From IMG/VR virus record IMGVR_UViG_3300017783_003463, positions 57,322 through 77,321 of that record: 20,000 bases of DNA; one strand, given 5' to 3'. Shown here one piece after another: positions 1 to 8,218 of the stretch; the first letter of the stretch is position 1; every line of letters begins with the position of its first letter. Source of the DNA: an uncultured virus (IMG/VR IMGVR_UViG_3300017783_003463). Its lineage: Duplodnaviria > Heunggongvirae > Uroviricota > Caudoviricetes. The notes beneath the pieces were generated by a model. It was not told the DNA's origin, ran no database searches, and saw only the letters and a list, made by a program, of their open reading frames with translations. Made by a program: the position numbers and the translations under genes.

Positions 1-228
1 GAAATCCTTAAAAACGAGCGTATGTGGGAAGAAGAAAACACAAGTGGTACAACACCAAACTCAGATAGTATACCTGGATTAGGTAATATTGGTGTAAGAG
101 GATTTGACGTTCCAGATGGCGGAGCAGACTTGGATATTCCAGATGTAGACGGCAGTGAAGGAACAGAAGAAGGTGCAAGCCCAATTAGTGGTGCTGAAGC
201 GGCACCTACGGGAGATGAAAATGCGTAG
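1..228 (+). CDS. gp20: Portal protein (T4 gp20-like), C-terminal fragment, 5'-truncated by the window
   Basis: Frame 1 is open from base 1 (EILKNERMWEEEN...) to TAG at 226-228, so the ATG at 22 is internal. The acidic Gly/Pro-rich tail and the position upstream of core/gp21/gp22/gp23 match the T4-like head gene order. Only the tail is visible. Confidence 0.6.
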   Translation, partial: EILKNERMWEEENTSGTTPNSDSIPGLGNIGVRGFDVPDGGADLDIPDVDGSEGTEEGASPISGAEAAPTGDENA

Positions 229-424
229 TACAGACATTTTAAATGAATATTATGATGCAGAAAATGACAATTATAACAATAGAAAAGCAGATGATGTGCG
301 TAAGCAAAGACTTACTTTAAAGCATATAAATCGTCTTAGAAAGCAAAGAGAAGTACATAATATTGAACATGCTACTAGAGTTGAAAAGATCAAACAGATC
401 TACGCAAAACCACCTGCACAATAA
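221..424 (+). CDS. Small conserved head-module protein (67 aa, MRSTDILNEYY...), possible prohead core/internal protein
   Basis: GGAG at 211-214 lies 6 nt before ATG 221, which overlaps the portal stop. This is a better start than 155 in the ORF track. Basic C-terminal helix (RKQRLTLKHINRLRK) and an N-terminal I-L-N-E motif. Confidence 0.7.
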   Translation: MRSTDILNEYYDAENDNYNNRKADDVRKQRLTLKHINRLRKQREVHNIEHATRVEKIKQIYAKPPAQ

Positions 425-464
425 GTTTTACAACTAAGATTTACTTATCTCAGAGAGATATTCA

Positions 465-492
465 TAAAATACCCATTTTTTAGGGTATTTTA
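465..492. terminator. Perfect 10-bp inverted repeat, possible terminator or RNA-processing hairpin
   Basis: TAAAATACCC (465-474), 8-nt loop, GGGTATTTTA (483-492), in the 425-569 intergenic gap. Confidence 0.5.
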
Positions 493-512
493 GCAGTGAA
501 ACGTCTTGGTTT

Positions 513-520
513 TGTAAATA
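513..520 (+). promoter_or_regulatory. T4-type late promoter-like motif TGTAAATA
   Basis: 7/8 match to the gp55 consensus TATAAATA, intergenic, upstream of the core-gp21-gp22-gp23 run. Confidence 0.6.
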
Positions 521-569
521 TAGATGTAAACCATCTTGGTAAGCCTGTAAATTTTTTAAGGAGAATGAT

Positions 570-1397
570 ATGAGCGAACATAAGGAATCTTTAGTAAAGG
601 TCCTCGAGTATATCGTTAATGATGAGCAAGATAAAGCGGCTGATCTACTTCACAACGTGTTTGTAGAAAAAGCTAAAAATCATTGGTCATCTCTACAAGA
701 AACTGATGAAGTTGTAGAAGACGATATTAACGAAGAAGACCTAGACGAAACTATCGATCTGGACGAAGCTGACGATGATTCTGAGGACGACACTGAAGTA
801 GAAGAAGCGATTGACGCCTCTGATGCTGAAGAAGATTTCTTAGACGACATTGAAACAGCTGAAGAAGAGATTGACCAAGAAGAAATCATGGACGATGAGG
901 ACATGGACGAACCAGAAGCTGAAATGGATTTAGCTATGGACATGGAACCAGAAGCAGATGAAGGCGATGAGCCTGCAGATGCTGAAGAAGCTATGGACAA
1001 TGTTGAAGATGCGATTGCCGAACTTAGAGCCGCATTTGCAGAAATGCAAGGCGAAGAGCCAGGTGACGAAGACGAAGACGACGATGACATGGAAGAAATG
1101 GAATCAGTTGAAGAAACTGACGAAGTAGAAGCTATGGAAGAAGGCGCTTCAATGAGTGCAGTTAGTGTATCACACAGTGACACAGCTGACAAAGCATCAC
1201 CAGTAGCAGGACAAGCTAAAGCACATAATGGTGCTAAAGCACATTCAGCACCAGGTGGCGAAGAAAAGGGTAGACCTGCTCCAGCCGCAAAAGATATGGG
1301 TGTTGACGGTCCACAAGAAGCTGGTTCACCAAGCCCAGCGCCTAAAGCAAAAGATGAAGACACAAAGTCAGAATCACCAATTAAAGGCGTGAAGTAA
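570..1397 (+). CDS. Highly acidic prohead core/scaffold-associated protein (T4 gp67/gp68 position)
   Basis: AAGGAG RBS at 558-563. 275 aa, extremely Asp/Glu-rich, short helical N-terminus, Pro/Ala-rich tail. Lies between portal and protease. Confidence 0.65.
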   Translation: MSEHKESLVKVLEYIVNDEQDKAADLLHNVFVEKAKNHWSSLQETDEVVEDDINEEDLDETIDLDEADDDSEDDTEVEEAIDASDAEEDFLDDIETAEEEIDQEEIMDDEDMDEPEAEMDLAMDMEPEADEGDEPADAEEAMDNVEDAIAELRAAFAEMQGEEPGDEDEDDDDMEEMESVEETDEVEAMEEGASMSAVSVSHSDTADKASPVAGQAKAHNGAKAHSAPGGEEKGRPAPAAKDMGVDGPQEAGSPSPAPKAKDEDTKSESPIKGVK

Positions 1398-1398
1398 T

Positions 1399-2040
1399 AT
1401 GATGACCTCGCTAAAAGAGCATCTTTCATTTAGTCAAGCTAATATTGTCACTGAGAGCATTGAAGAAGCAAACGGTGGTAAGAGCTTGTATATGAAGGGT
1501 ATCTTCATTGAAGGCGATGTCAGAAACCAGAACAACCGTATCTACACAAAAGAAGAAATTCATAGTGCAGTTAAAAGCATAAATGAAAAAATTAAAGGTG
1601 GATACAGTGTATTAGGCGAAGCTGATCACCCAGATGACCTCAATATCAATTTAGATCGTGTATCACACATGATCACTGAAATGGATACTGATGGTGCGAA
1701 CGGTATTGGTAAGCTAAAACTATTGCCTACTCCAATGGGAAACATTTGTAAAACCCTTATTGAGAGTGGGTGTCATTTAGGCGTGTCAAGCCGAGGCAGT
1801 GGCAATGTTAACGATAGCGGCATAGTTAAAGATTTTGAAATCATTACAGTCGATATTGTTGCAAATCCGAGTGCTCCTAGTGCTTATCCCGATCCAATCT
1901 ATGAAAGAATTATGAATCATAGCCGGGGTAATGTATTAATGGATGTCGCTGAAGCAACTAGACACGACAAAGGTGCACAACGTTATCTCCAGGAAGAGGT
2001 GACTAACTTTATTAAAAACCTGAGATATAGGAGAGATTAA
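1399..2040 (+). CDS. gp21: Prohead core protein protease (T4 gp21 family, peptidase S77)
   Basis: Motifs LYMKGIFIEGDVRNQNNRIY, LGEADHP (His), LGVSSRGSG (Ser) and TVDIVANPSAPSAY, plus gene order. Confidence 0.95.
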   Translation: MMTSLKEHLSFSQANIVTESIEEANGGKSLYMKGIFIEGDVRNQNNRIYTKEEIHSAVKSINEKIKGGYSVLGEADHPDDLNINLDRVSHMITEMDTDGANGIGKLKLLPTPMGNICKTLIESGCHLGVSSRGSGNVNDSGIVKDFEIITVDIVANPSAPSAYPDPIYERIMNHSRGNVLMDVAEATRHDKGAQRYLQEEVTNFIKNLRYRRD

Positions 2041-2041
2041 T

Positions 2042-3142
2042 ATGGCTCATGCAATGGATGAACTATTAAACTCAAATACGCTCTCTGAAGAGGTTAGATC
2101 TTCATTATCTGAAGCTTGGGAGACCCAACTAACAGAAGCTCGTGAGAATATCACAGCTGAACTTAGAGAAGAATTTGCTCAACGTTACGAAAGTGATAAA
2201 GAGCAGATGGTTGAAGCTATGGATAACATGATTGGTGATGTTATTTCAAAAGAACTCGCAGAGTTCCAAGAAGACAAAGCCAAAGTAAACGAAGATCGTG
2301 TTGCATATCGCAAGCACATGAAAGAACATGCAAAAGTTCTTGATAAGTTTGTGATGGAAACACTTGCGAAGGAAATTGACGAACTTCGCAGTGATCGTAA
2401 TGCCCAAGACGAAAACATGACCAAGTTGGAAGGTTTCGTAATGGGACAATTAACTAAAGAGCTCAATGAGTTTCATGAAGACAAACGCTCGCTAGTCGAA
2501 GCAAAAGTCAAAATGATCAAAGAAGGCAAAGAGGTTATTAATCAAACTAAAGCAGACTTTATTAAAACAGCCGCAAGTAAAGTAGAAGGCATAATGGAAA
2601 ATACCATTAAGTCAGAACTTAACACATTGCGTGAAGATATCAAAGTAGCCAAAGAAAATACCTTTGGACGAAAGATATTTGAAACGTATGCCGCTGAGTT
2701 TATGTCAAGCTACTTAAACGAAGGAACTGAAGTTTCTAAGTTAAACAAAGTAGTTGAAAGTCTACAAAGTGAGATTGAAAACAAAGACAAAGCCATTGCT
2801 GAAAAGGAAGTGACAATAGCAGAAAGTGCAAAGACTGCACGAATTGCTAAAGACACAGCAGAAAGAAAGCAAGTTATGCAAGAAATGATGCAACCTTTAA
2901 GCAAAGATCACAAAGAAATAATGGGTGCGTTACTTGAAAGTGTTAAAACAGACAAGCTACAAAATGCATTCAACAAGTATCTACCTTCAGTTATGAAAGA
3001 AGATGCTAAACCAAAGACCAATAAGAAGGTACTAAGTGAATCTAATACAGAAGTCACTGGAAACAAAGCAGAAGCCTCAGCATCAGCTGAATCGCAAACA
3101 GCTGATATTGTTTACCTTCAAAAATTAGCCGGTATAAGTTAA
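2042..3142 (+). CDS. gp22: Prohead scaffolding protein (T4 gp22-like)
   Basis: 366 aa, E/K-rich, coiled-coil-like, between protease and capsid genes. AGGAG RBS upstream; C-terminal LQKLAGI motif. Confidence 0.85.
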   Translation: MAHAMDELLNSNTLSEEVRSSLSEAWETQLTEARENITAELREEFAQRYESDKEQMVEAMDNMIGDVISKELAEFQEDKAKVNEDRVAYRKHMKEHAKVLDKFVMETLAKEIDELRSDRNAQDENMTKLEGFVMGQLTKELNEFHEDKRSLVEAKVKMIKEGKEVINQTKADFIKTAASKVEGIMENTIKSELNTLREDIKVAKENTFGRKIFETYAAEFMSSYLNEGTEVSKLNKVVESLQSEIENKDKAIAEKEVTIAESAKTARIAKDTAERKQVMQEMMQPLSKDHKEIMGALLESVKTDKLQNAFNKYLPSVMKEDAKPKTNKKVLSESNTEVTGNKAEASASAESQTADIVYLQKLAGIS

Positions 3143-3153
3143 GGAGACCTAAA

Positions 3154-4314
3154 ATGGCAGACAATTTAATGGAAAATTGGAGCGAAACTAAAACCGCTCT
3201 TACTGACGGTCTTACTGGAACGAAAAAACAAGTAATGGAATCAGTTCTTGAAAACACTAAAACGTACCTCTCAGAGGCCGCGTCAGGTGGTGCAACAGGC
3301 GCAGGTAACATTGCAACCCTTAACAAGGTTATTCTTCCAGTGATCAGACGTGTTATGCCAACAGTGATCGCCAACGAAATCGTTGGTGTTCAGCCTATGA
3401 CAGGCCCTGTTGGACAAATTCACACTCTACGTGTACGTTATGCAGAAACTTTTGATTCAGCTGTAGCTGGTGATGAGGCACTAAGCCCATTCCAAATTGC
3501 AACTGGATACGCAGGTGATGCGACAACAAATAGAGGTGCCGCTACTTCAGCCCTAGAGGGTACAGGTGGTAAGAAACTATCAATCCAAGTATTGAAGCAA
3601 ACAGTCGAAGCAAAAACCAGAAAGCTATCAGCTCGCTGGACTTTTGAAGCGGCTCAAGACGCACAGTCAATGCACGGATTGGACGTAGAAGCAGAAATCA
3701 TGCAAGCACTAGCCCAAGAGATTACTGCTGAAATCGACCAAGAGATCATTGCTAGCTTGAGTTCACTTGCTGGTGCCGCATCTGATACATACGCACAAGG
3801 TAGCGTATCAGGTACAGCTACTTTCGTAGGTGACGAGCATGCCGCTCTTGCAGTTCTTATTAACAAGAACGCAAACACTATCGCCGCAAGAACAAGACGT
3901 GGCGCTGGTAACTGGGCAGTTGTAAGCCCAACAGTACTAACAGTACTACAGAGTGCTACAACTTCAGCGTTCGCAAGATCAACTGAAGGCGCTTTTGAAG
4001 CACCAACAAATACTAAATTTGTAGGTACTTTGAATGGCACAATGAGAATTTATGTAAACCAGTATGCGGCTAATGATGACGTACTTGTTGGTTACAAAGG
4101 TGCAACAGAAACAGACGCCGCGGCGTTCTATTGCCCATACATTCCGTTGATGTCAAGCGGTACAGTACTTGACCCACAAACATTTGAGCCAGTAGTAAGC
4201 TTCATGACACGTTATGGTTATGTAGAGCTTTCAAACCAAGCTAGCTCACTTGGTAACGCGGCTGATTACCTCAGCAAAATCGCAGTTACAAGCGGTCAGC
4301 TTCAGTTTACCTAA
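3154..4314 (+). CDS. gp23: Major capsid protein (T4 gp23 family)
   Basis: Motifs VGVQPMTGPVGQI, VEAKTRKLSARWTFEAAQD, EITAEIDQEII, FYCPYIPL and FEPVVSFMTRYG. Strong RBS TAAGGAG. Confidence 0.97.
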   Translation: MADNLMENWSETKTALTDGLTGTKKQVMESVLENTKTYLSEAASGGATGAGNIATLNKVILPVIRRVMPTVIANEIVGVQPMTGPVGQIHTLRVRYAETFDSAVAGDEALSPFQIATGYAGDATTNRGAATSALEGTGGKKLSIQVLKQTVEAKTRKLSARWTFEAAQDAQSMHGLDVEAEIMQALAQEITAEIDQEIIASLSSLAGAASDTYAQGSVSGTATFVGDEHAALAVLINKNANTIAARTRRGAGNWAVVSPTVLTVLQSATTSAFARSTEGAFEAPTNTKFVGTLNGTMRIYVNQYAANDDVLVGYKGATETDAAAFYCPYIPLMSSGTVLDPQTFEPVVSFMTRYGYVELSNQASSLGNAADYLSKIAVTSGQLQFT

Positions 4315-4333
4315 TAGGTATTCTACTAAAAAG

Positions 4334-4361
4334 AAAACAGGGTCCAAGTGGCCCTGTTTTT
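4334..4361 (+). terminator. Rho-independent terminator after the capsid gene
   Basis: AAAACAGGGTC-caagt-GGCCCTGTTTTT: GC-rich stem (one G-U pair) running into a T tract, about 20 nt after the gp23 stop. Confidence 0.85.
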
Positions 4362-4373
4362 GTGACTACAGTG

Positions 4374-4381
4374 AATAAATA
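4374..4381 (+). promoter_or_regulatory. Late promoter-like motif AATAAATA
   Basis: Immediately after the terminator and 21 nt before ATG 4403, followed by an AGGAG RBS. Confidence 0.7.
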
Positions 4382-4402
4382 TGTTTAGTAGGAGACGAGT
4401 AG

Positions 4403-5209
4403 ATGGCAACAAAATTTAAACAAGACATTGAAATTGATGGTACTCTCACAGCAACATCTTTTAGTGGATCAGGTGTTCCGAGTAACTTAGGTGATTTATC
4501 AGATGTAAGTACTGTTGGAGTAACAAGTGGACAGATACTAAAGTATAATGGTAGTAGTTGGGCACCAGCCGCAGACGGAGGCGGTGGTGGTGGAGGTGGA
4601 TCCGGAGATATCGAAGGTGTAACAGCAGGTACAGGTTTAACTGGCGGCGGAACAACAGGTACAGTAACACTTGATGTAGATGTAGGAACCACAGCAAATA
4701 AAATTATACAAGTAACTGCAACCGGAAAGTACCCAGCTATCGATGGATCAGACATTACTAATCTTCCAACAGGTGCAACATTTTTAAACGGTTTATCGGA
4801 TGTAGATACAACTGGAGTAGCAAATGACAAAATTTTAAAATATAATGGAACTTCAAGCAAATGGGAAATAGCAGATGATGCTTCGTCAGGTGGAAGTTCA
4901 TTAGGAGATTTATCTATTACAGGAAGTACTATGTCAAGTAGCGGTGCAACGATTACACTAGATGATAATGTTACAGTAACTGGTACACTAACTAGTAGTC
5001 AAGCAGGAGCTCCGGTATTAACAAGTGCCAGTACACTTACACTACAAGCAACAACAAGAACAACTATTGCAAATACTCCACTAAAACTTCATAGTTTTAC
5101 AACTACTGCCAGAGATGCATTAAGTTCAGCAGACGGAGATATGATTTATAATAGTACAACAAACAAATTCCAAGGCTTTGCAAACGGCTCTTGGGTAGAT
5201 TTACATTAA
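4403..5209 (+). CDS. Virion fibre-like structural protein (268 aa)
   Basis: Gly/Thr/Ser-rich. Two LxxLSDV...ILKYNG..W repeats, a poly-Gly hinge, a VTAGTGLTGGGTTGTVTL motif, and a C-terminal GDMIYN...WVDLH module shared with 12406..13866. Confidence 0.7.
   Translation: MATKFKQDIEIDGTLTATSFSGSGVPSNLGDLSDVSTVGVTSGQILKYNGSSWAPAADGGGGGGGGSGDIEGVTAGTGLTGGGTTGTVTLDVDVGTTANKIIQVTATGKYPAIDGSDITNLPTGATFLNGLSDVDTTGVANDKILKYNGTSSKWEIADDASSGGSSLGDLSITGSTMSSSGATITLDDNVTVTGTLTSSQAGAPVLTSASTLTLQATTRTTIANTPLKLHSFTTTARDALSSADGDMIYNSTTNKFQGFANGSWVDLH
4904..5209 (+). repeat. Diverged direct repeat, copy 1 (paralogous 3' gene end; copy 2 at 13555-13866)
   Basis: About two-thirds amino-acid identity by manual alignment. 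Exact blocks ATTACACTAGATGATAATGT (4952-4971 / 13603-13622) and TTGGGTAGATTTACATT (5191-5207 / 13848-13864). Confidence 0.85.
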
Positions 5210-5218
5210 GGATAAAAG

Positions 5219-7627
5219 ATGGCAGAATTTCATTATCAATTAGGTACATATACCAAAGAACAGTATGACGCATTAGATATTAGTTTGCGTGATCCTGATG
5301 ATCCAACATATATAGCAAGAGAAGTAGATCAAACTGATGATATATTACATAGTCCTACAAGAGGTGTATTTTGGTTAAGTGAAGAAGAAGCGGCAGAACT
5401 AGAAAAAGATCCGCAGATTGCTTTTATACATAAAGATCCAGATAACTATCCAGATGATTACCCTCAACCTCCTGAAGATGAATTACATTGTATGATAACT
5501 GAAACATACAGATATAACGAACCAGTTAAACATAGGAATCAATATGCAAGTGCTAGTGATTTCCCTTCATCACCAGATGCAACTGACTTGAGAAGATGCG
5601 GATATCAATTACTAAGAACTACAAGTGAGAACGGACCAAAAGCAAAAAGAGATATATGGTCTAGTAATGCATTAACAGTAAGTGCTAATATTAGAAAAAC
5701 TGGTACAGGAAAAGATGTTGATATTGTTTGCATGGACAACGGCACCTGGATAGGACATATTGAATTTATTAATAATAGACCAGCTAGTGAATCACCAACA
5801 GACTATATAGGCGGAAATGTACTACCAGGAGATGGAATATGTGATTGTTTAGATTTGGTTCTTGATAGTCCTTATTATATTGATCCAGCTTGGTTTGATG
5901 CCGCTCCTAGCAGTAGATTAGAAACTAGATGGGATGGAACTACAGTGCCTACTGAATCAGAAGCTAGAAGTTGGTGGGGAAGCACAAGTAATAGAAGTGC
6001 CGCTTTTTCTAGCTATGGAACAGTTTCAATACAAACATCATATACAAGATTAAGGGCTCATGGTGATTACGACACTGATCCATATAGTGCTACACATGGT
6101 ACTCAATGTGGTAGTCAAATTTTTGGAAGAACACACGGCTGGGCTTATAATGCAAACAAATGGATTATTGACGGATATAGTGGATACGGACTTGGACTTA
6201 CAAAAGTATGGGACGTTCAAAAAATATTCCATCAAGCAAAGCCTGTTAATTCAAAATATGGTACAAAAGATCCAACACTAAGTTCTAACAGTTGGGGTTA
6301 TAGAGCAACTCCTACTAGTAGTGCTTATGCATTTCATAGAACCGGTAGTGCAATAACTTATACATCAGATTCCAACAAACCACAGTTTATGCGTTATGTA
6401 GGAGATGCTGGTGATTCCGGAAGAATGAAAAGTGAATTTCTAGATAGTAGTATTGTTACTAGTGCAAAAGAAATGGTAGATGCTGGTGTTATTACAGTAG
6501 TTGCCTCAGGTAATAGTAATCAAAAGCAAACACGATGGGATCATCCAGACTATGACAACTATTGGCATACCAGTCAAACAGGACACTTTGGAGATGGTGT
6601 CAGTATTTTTCAATTTGGATATCAAGTTATGCCTACAACTAATAGACCAGGGTTCCCACAACATGCAGGAGCCGCATTTGGAGATCCGCAAACATTTAAT
6701 ATTACAGTAACATCTAGTGGATCGAGTGCATACACTATGTCAGGTACAGATAGAAACGGATCAGTAAGTGGAAACAATCCTACTGTTACTATTCACAGAG
6801 GAGACACTGTAAATTTTAATGTAAATGCCAGTGGACATCCTTTTTATATTAATCATACAGCTGGTACAGGAACTGGAAATGCTGTACAATATCCTACAGC
6901 TAGCAGTAATGGCACACAAAGTGGCACAGTAACTTGGACACCCAATCAGCGTACAGCATCAAGCACAGGTGGAGAACAGTTTTATTATAATTGTCAATTT
7001 CATGGTTCGATGCAAGGTAATATAAATGTACAGTCAGGAAATAGAACAAATCCAACAATAAATGTTGGTGCATTAGATGATCAATATGCTACAGGAACAA
7101 AAGAACGCAAGGTTAATTACAGCGATATGGGAAATATGATCGATTTATTTTCACCAGCTGACGGAAGTTTAGCCGCAACTGTAGGAACTTATGGTACCGA
7201 CATTCCTAGATTTGATAATACATATGTTAGTAAGAGTGGAAATACAACATGGGGAGATGGGACAACTGGATCACCTAGTACCAGTAGAGATACAAGATTC
7301 AGCGGAACTAGTAGTGCATGTCCTGTTGCTTGTGGACTGATTGCAACTATAGTAGAGTTTAATAGAAGTTGGAGTGTAAACGATATCAAGACTTGGCTTG
7401 GAACACTACAGAATCAAGATACTACAAATGATTTTTATGATGGTACAGAAGACACTGGTGCCACAGATGTAGGACATAGTGACCTTAACAAATTACAAGG
7501 TGCAACTGCAAGAGTTATATACCAAGGCGGAACATTCTCTCACACTACAAAAGAAACAACAACTAAACCTGTTACCTTAGGTAGTGGTATAAGCATTACT
7601 GGTGCTTGGAATATTCAAAGAGATTGA
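5219..7627 (+). CDS. Subtilisin-like S8 serine protease with I9-like propeptide and inserted cupredoxin-like domain
   Basis: Catalytic motifs in D-H-N-S order: VDIVCMD(173)NG, H(293)GTQCGS, VVASGN(432), FSGTS(698)SACP. N-terminal LSEEEAAELEKDPQIAFIH resembles inhibitor-I9 propeptides. Insert carries GH(540)PF and YYNC(592)QFH(595)GSM(598)QG. Confidence 0.85.
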   Translation: MAEFHYQLGTYTKEQYDALDISLRDPDDPTYIAREVDQTDDILHSPTRGVFWLSEEEAAELEKDPQIAFIHKDPDNYPDDYPQPPEDELHCMITETYRYNEPVKHRNQYASASDFPSSPDATDLRRCGYQLLRTTSENGPKAKRDIWSSNALTVSANIRKTGTGKDVDIVCMDNGTWIGHIEFINNRPASESPTDYIGGNVLPGDGICDCLDLVLDSPYYIDPAWFDAAPSSRLETRWDGTTVPTESEARSWWGSTSNRSAAFSSYGTVSIQTSYTRLRAHGDYDTDPYSATHGTQCGSQIFGRTHGWAYNANKWIIDGYSGYGLGLTKVWDVQKIFHQAKPVNSKYGTKDPTLSSNSWGYRATPTSSAYAFHRTGSAITYTSDSNKPQFMRYVGDAGDSGRMKSEFLDSSIVTSAKEMVDAGVITVVASGNSNQKQTRWDHPDYDNYWHTSQTGHFGDGVSIFQFGYQVMPTTNRPGFPQHAGAAFGDPQTFNITVTSSGSSAYTMSGTDRNGSVSGNNPTVTIHRGDTVNFNVNASGHPFYINHTAGTGTGNAVQYPTASSNGTQSGTVTWTPNQRTASSTGGEQFYYNCQFHGSMQGNINVQSGNRTNPTINVGALDDQYATGTKERKVNYSDMGNMIDLFSPADGSLAATVGTYGTDIPRFDNTYVSKSGNTTWGDGTTGSPSTSRDTRFSGTSSACPVACGLIATIVEFNRSWSVNDIKTWLGTLQNQDTTNDFYDGTEDTGATDVGHSDLNKLQGATARVIYQGGTFSHTTKETTTKPVTLGSGISITGAWNIQRD

Positions 7628-7651
7628 CAAATTTAAGAAGTATGCTACATT
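7624..7651 (+). promoter_or_regulatory. Sigma70-type promoter for the heme oxygenase gene
   Basis: TTGACA (7624-7629), 16-nt spacer, extended -10 TG-c-TACATT (TG 7643-7644, hexamer 7646-7651). ATG follows at 7657 with no Shine-Dalgarno. Confidence 0.65.
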
Positions 7652-7656
7652 AAAGT

Positions 7657-8190
7657 ATGAGTAATCTTAAACAACTAACTTGGGAACATCACAAAAATGC
7701 TGAAAGGCAAGACTTTGTGAAAGAACTAATGGGCGGTATTAGTGCTGAACGTTATTGTGAGTTTTTACATAATCAACACCCTCAATATAATTTATTAGAA
7801 AACTTTGCGAGATTGCATAAACTTACTGATATAATTATTGCTCCAAAAATACATGTTGATATATTAGAATTAGAAACTCAACTTACAGATTTTAAACCAA
7901 CAATATATCCTGTAGTCGAAAAGTATGCAAAACATTTATTAACTATCAAAGACGATCCTAATAAACTTATGGCACACATATATGTACGTCACATGGGTGA
8001 TCTCAGTGGCGGACAAATGATTGCTAAACGTACTCCTGGTACAGGAACTATGTATCAATTCGACGAAGATGTAGATGTACTTAAAGATAGAATCCGTACA
8101 AAATTAGATGACAGTATGGCAGAAGAAGCTAAAATTTGCTTTGACTTTGCTACTGAGCTTTTCCAACAAATGTCGGTCTCAAACAACTAA
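7657..8190 (+). CDS. hemO: Heme oxygenase (biliverdin-producing HO-1/HemO family), auxiliary metabolic gene
   Basis: N-terminal LKQLTWEHHKNAE (proximal His, HxxAE), distal helix AHIYVRHMGDLSGGQMI (HO signature GDLSGG), C-terminal EEAKICF. Confidence 0.92.
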   Translation: MSNLKQLTWEHHKNAERQDFVKELMGGISAERYCEFLHNQHPQYNLLENFARLHKLTDIIIAPKIHVDILELETQLTDFKPTIYPVVEKYAKHLLTIKDDPNKLMAHIYVRHMGDLSGGQMIAKRTPGTGTMYQFDEDVDVLKDRIRTKLDDSMAEEAKICFDFATELFQQMSVSNN

Positions 8191-8193
8191 ATA
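8186..8193 (+). promoter_or_regulatory. Late promoter-like motif ACTAAATA overlapping the heme oxygenase stop
   Basis: TAAATA core 25 nt before ATG 8219, similar spacing to the other copies. Confidence 0.55.
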
Positions 8194-8218
8194 TATAAAA
8201 CAGTTGTGAGAGACATGC

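Noticed and set aside
155..220. Upstream start for the small ORF at 155
   Set aside because: It would overlap the portal tail by more than 70 nt, while ATG 221 has a well-spaced GGAG.
680..1429. 249-aa minus-strand Ser-rich ORF and the other minus-strand ORFs in the track
   Set aside because: Antisense shadows of biased plus-strand genes (for example GAA/GAT codons read as Ser/Phe/Ile). They overlap well-supported CDSs and show no motifs.
4461..6710. Short alternative-frame plus-strand ORFs (4461-4697, 6060-6281, 6501-6710)
   Set aside because: Nested within longer motif-bearing genes, with no recognisable features of their own.
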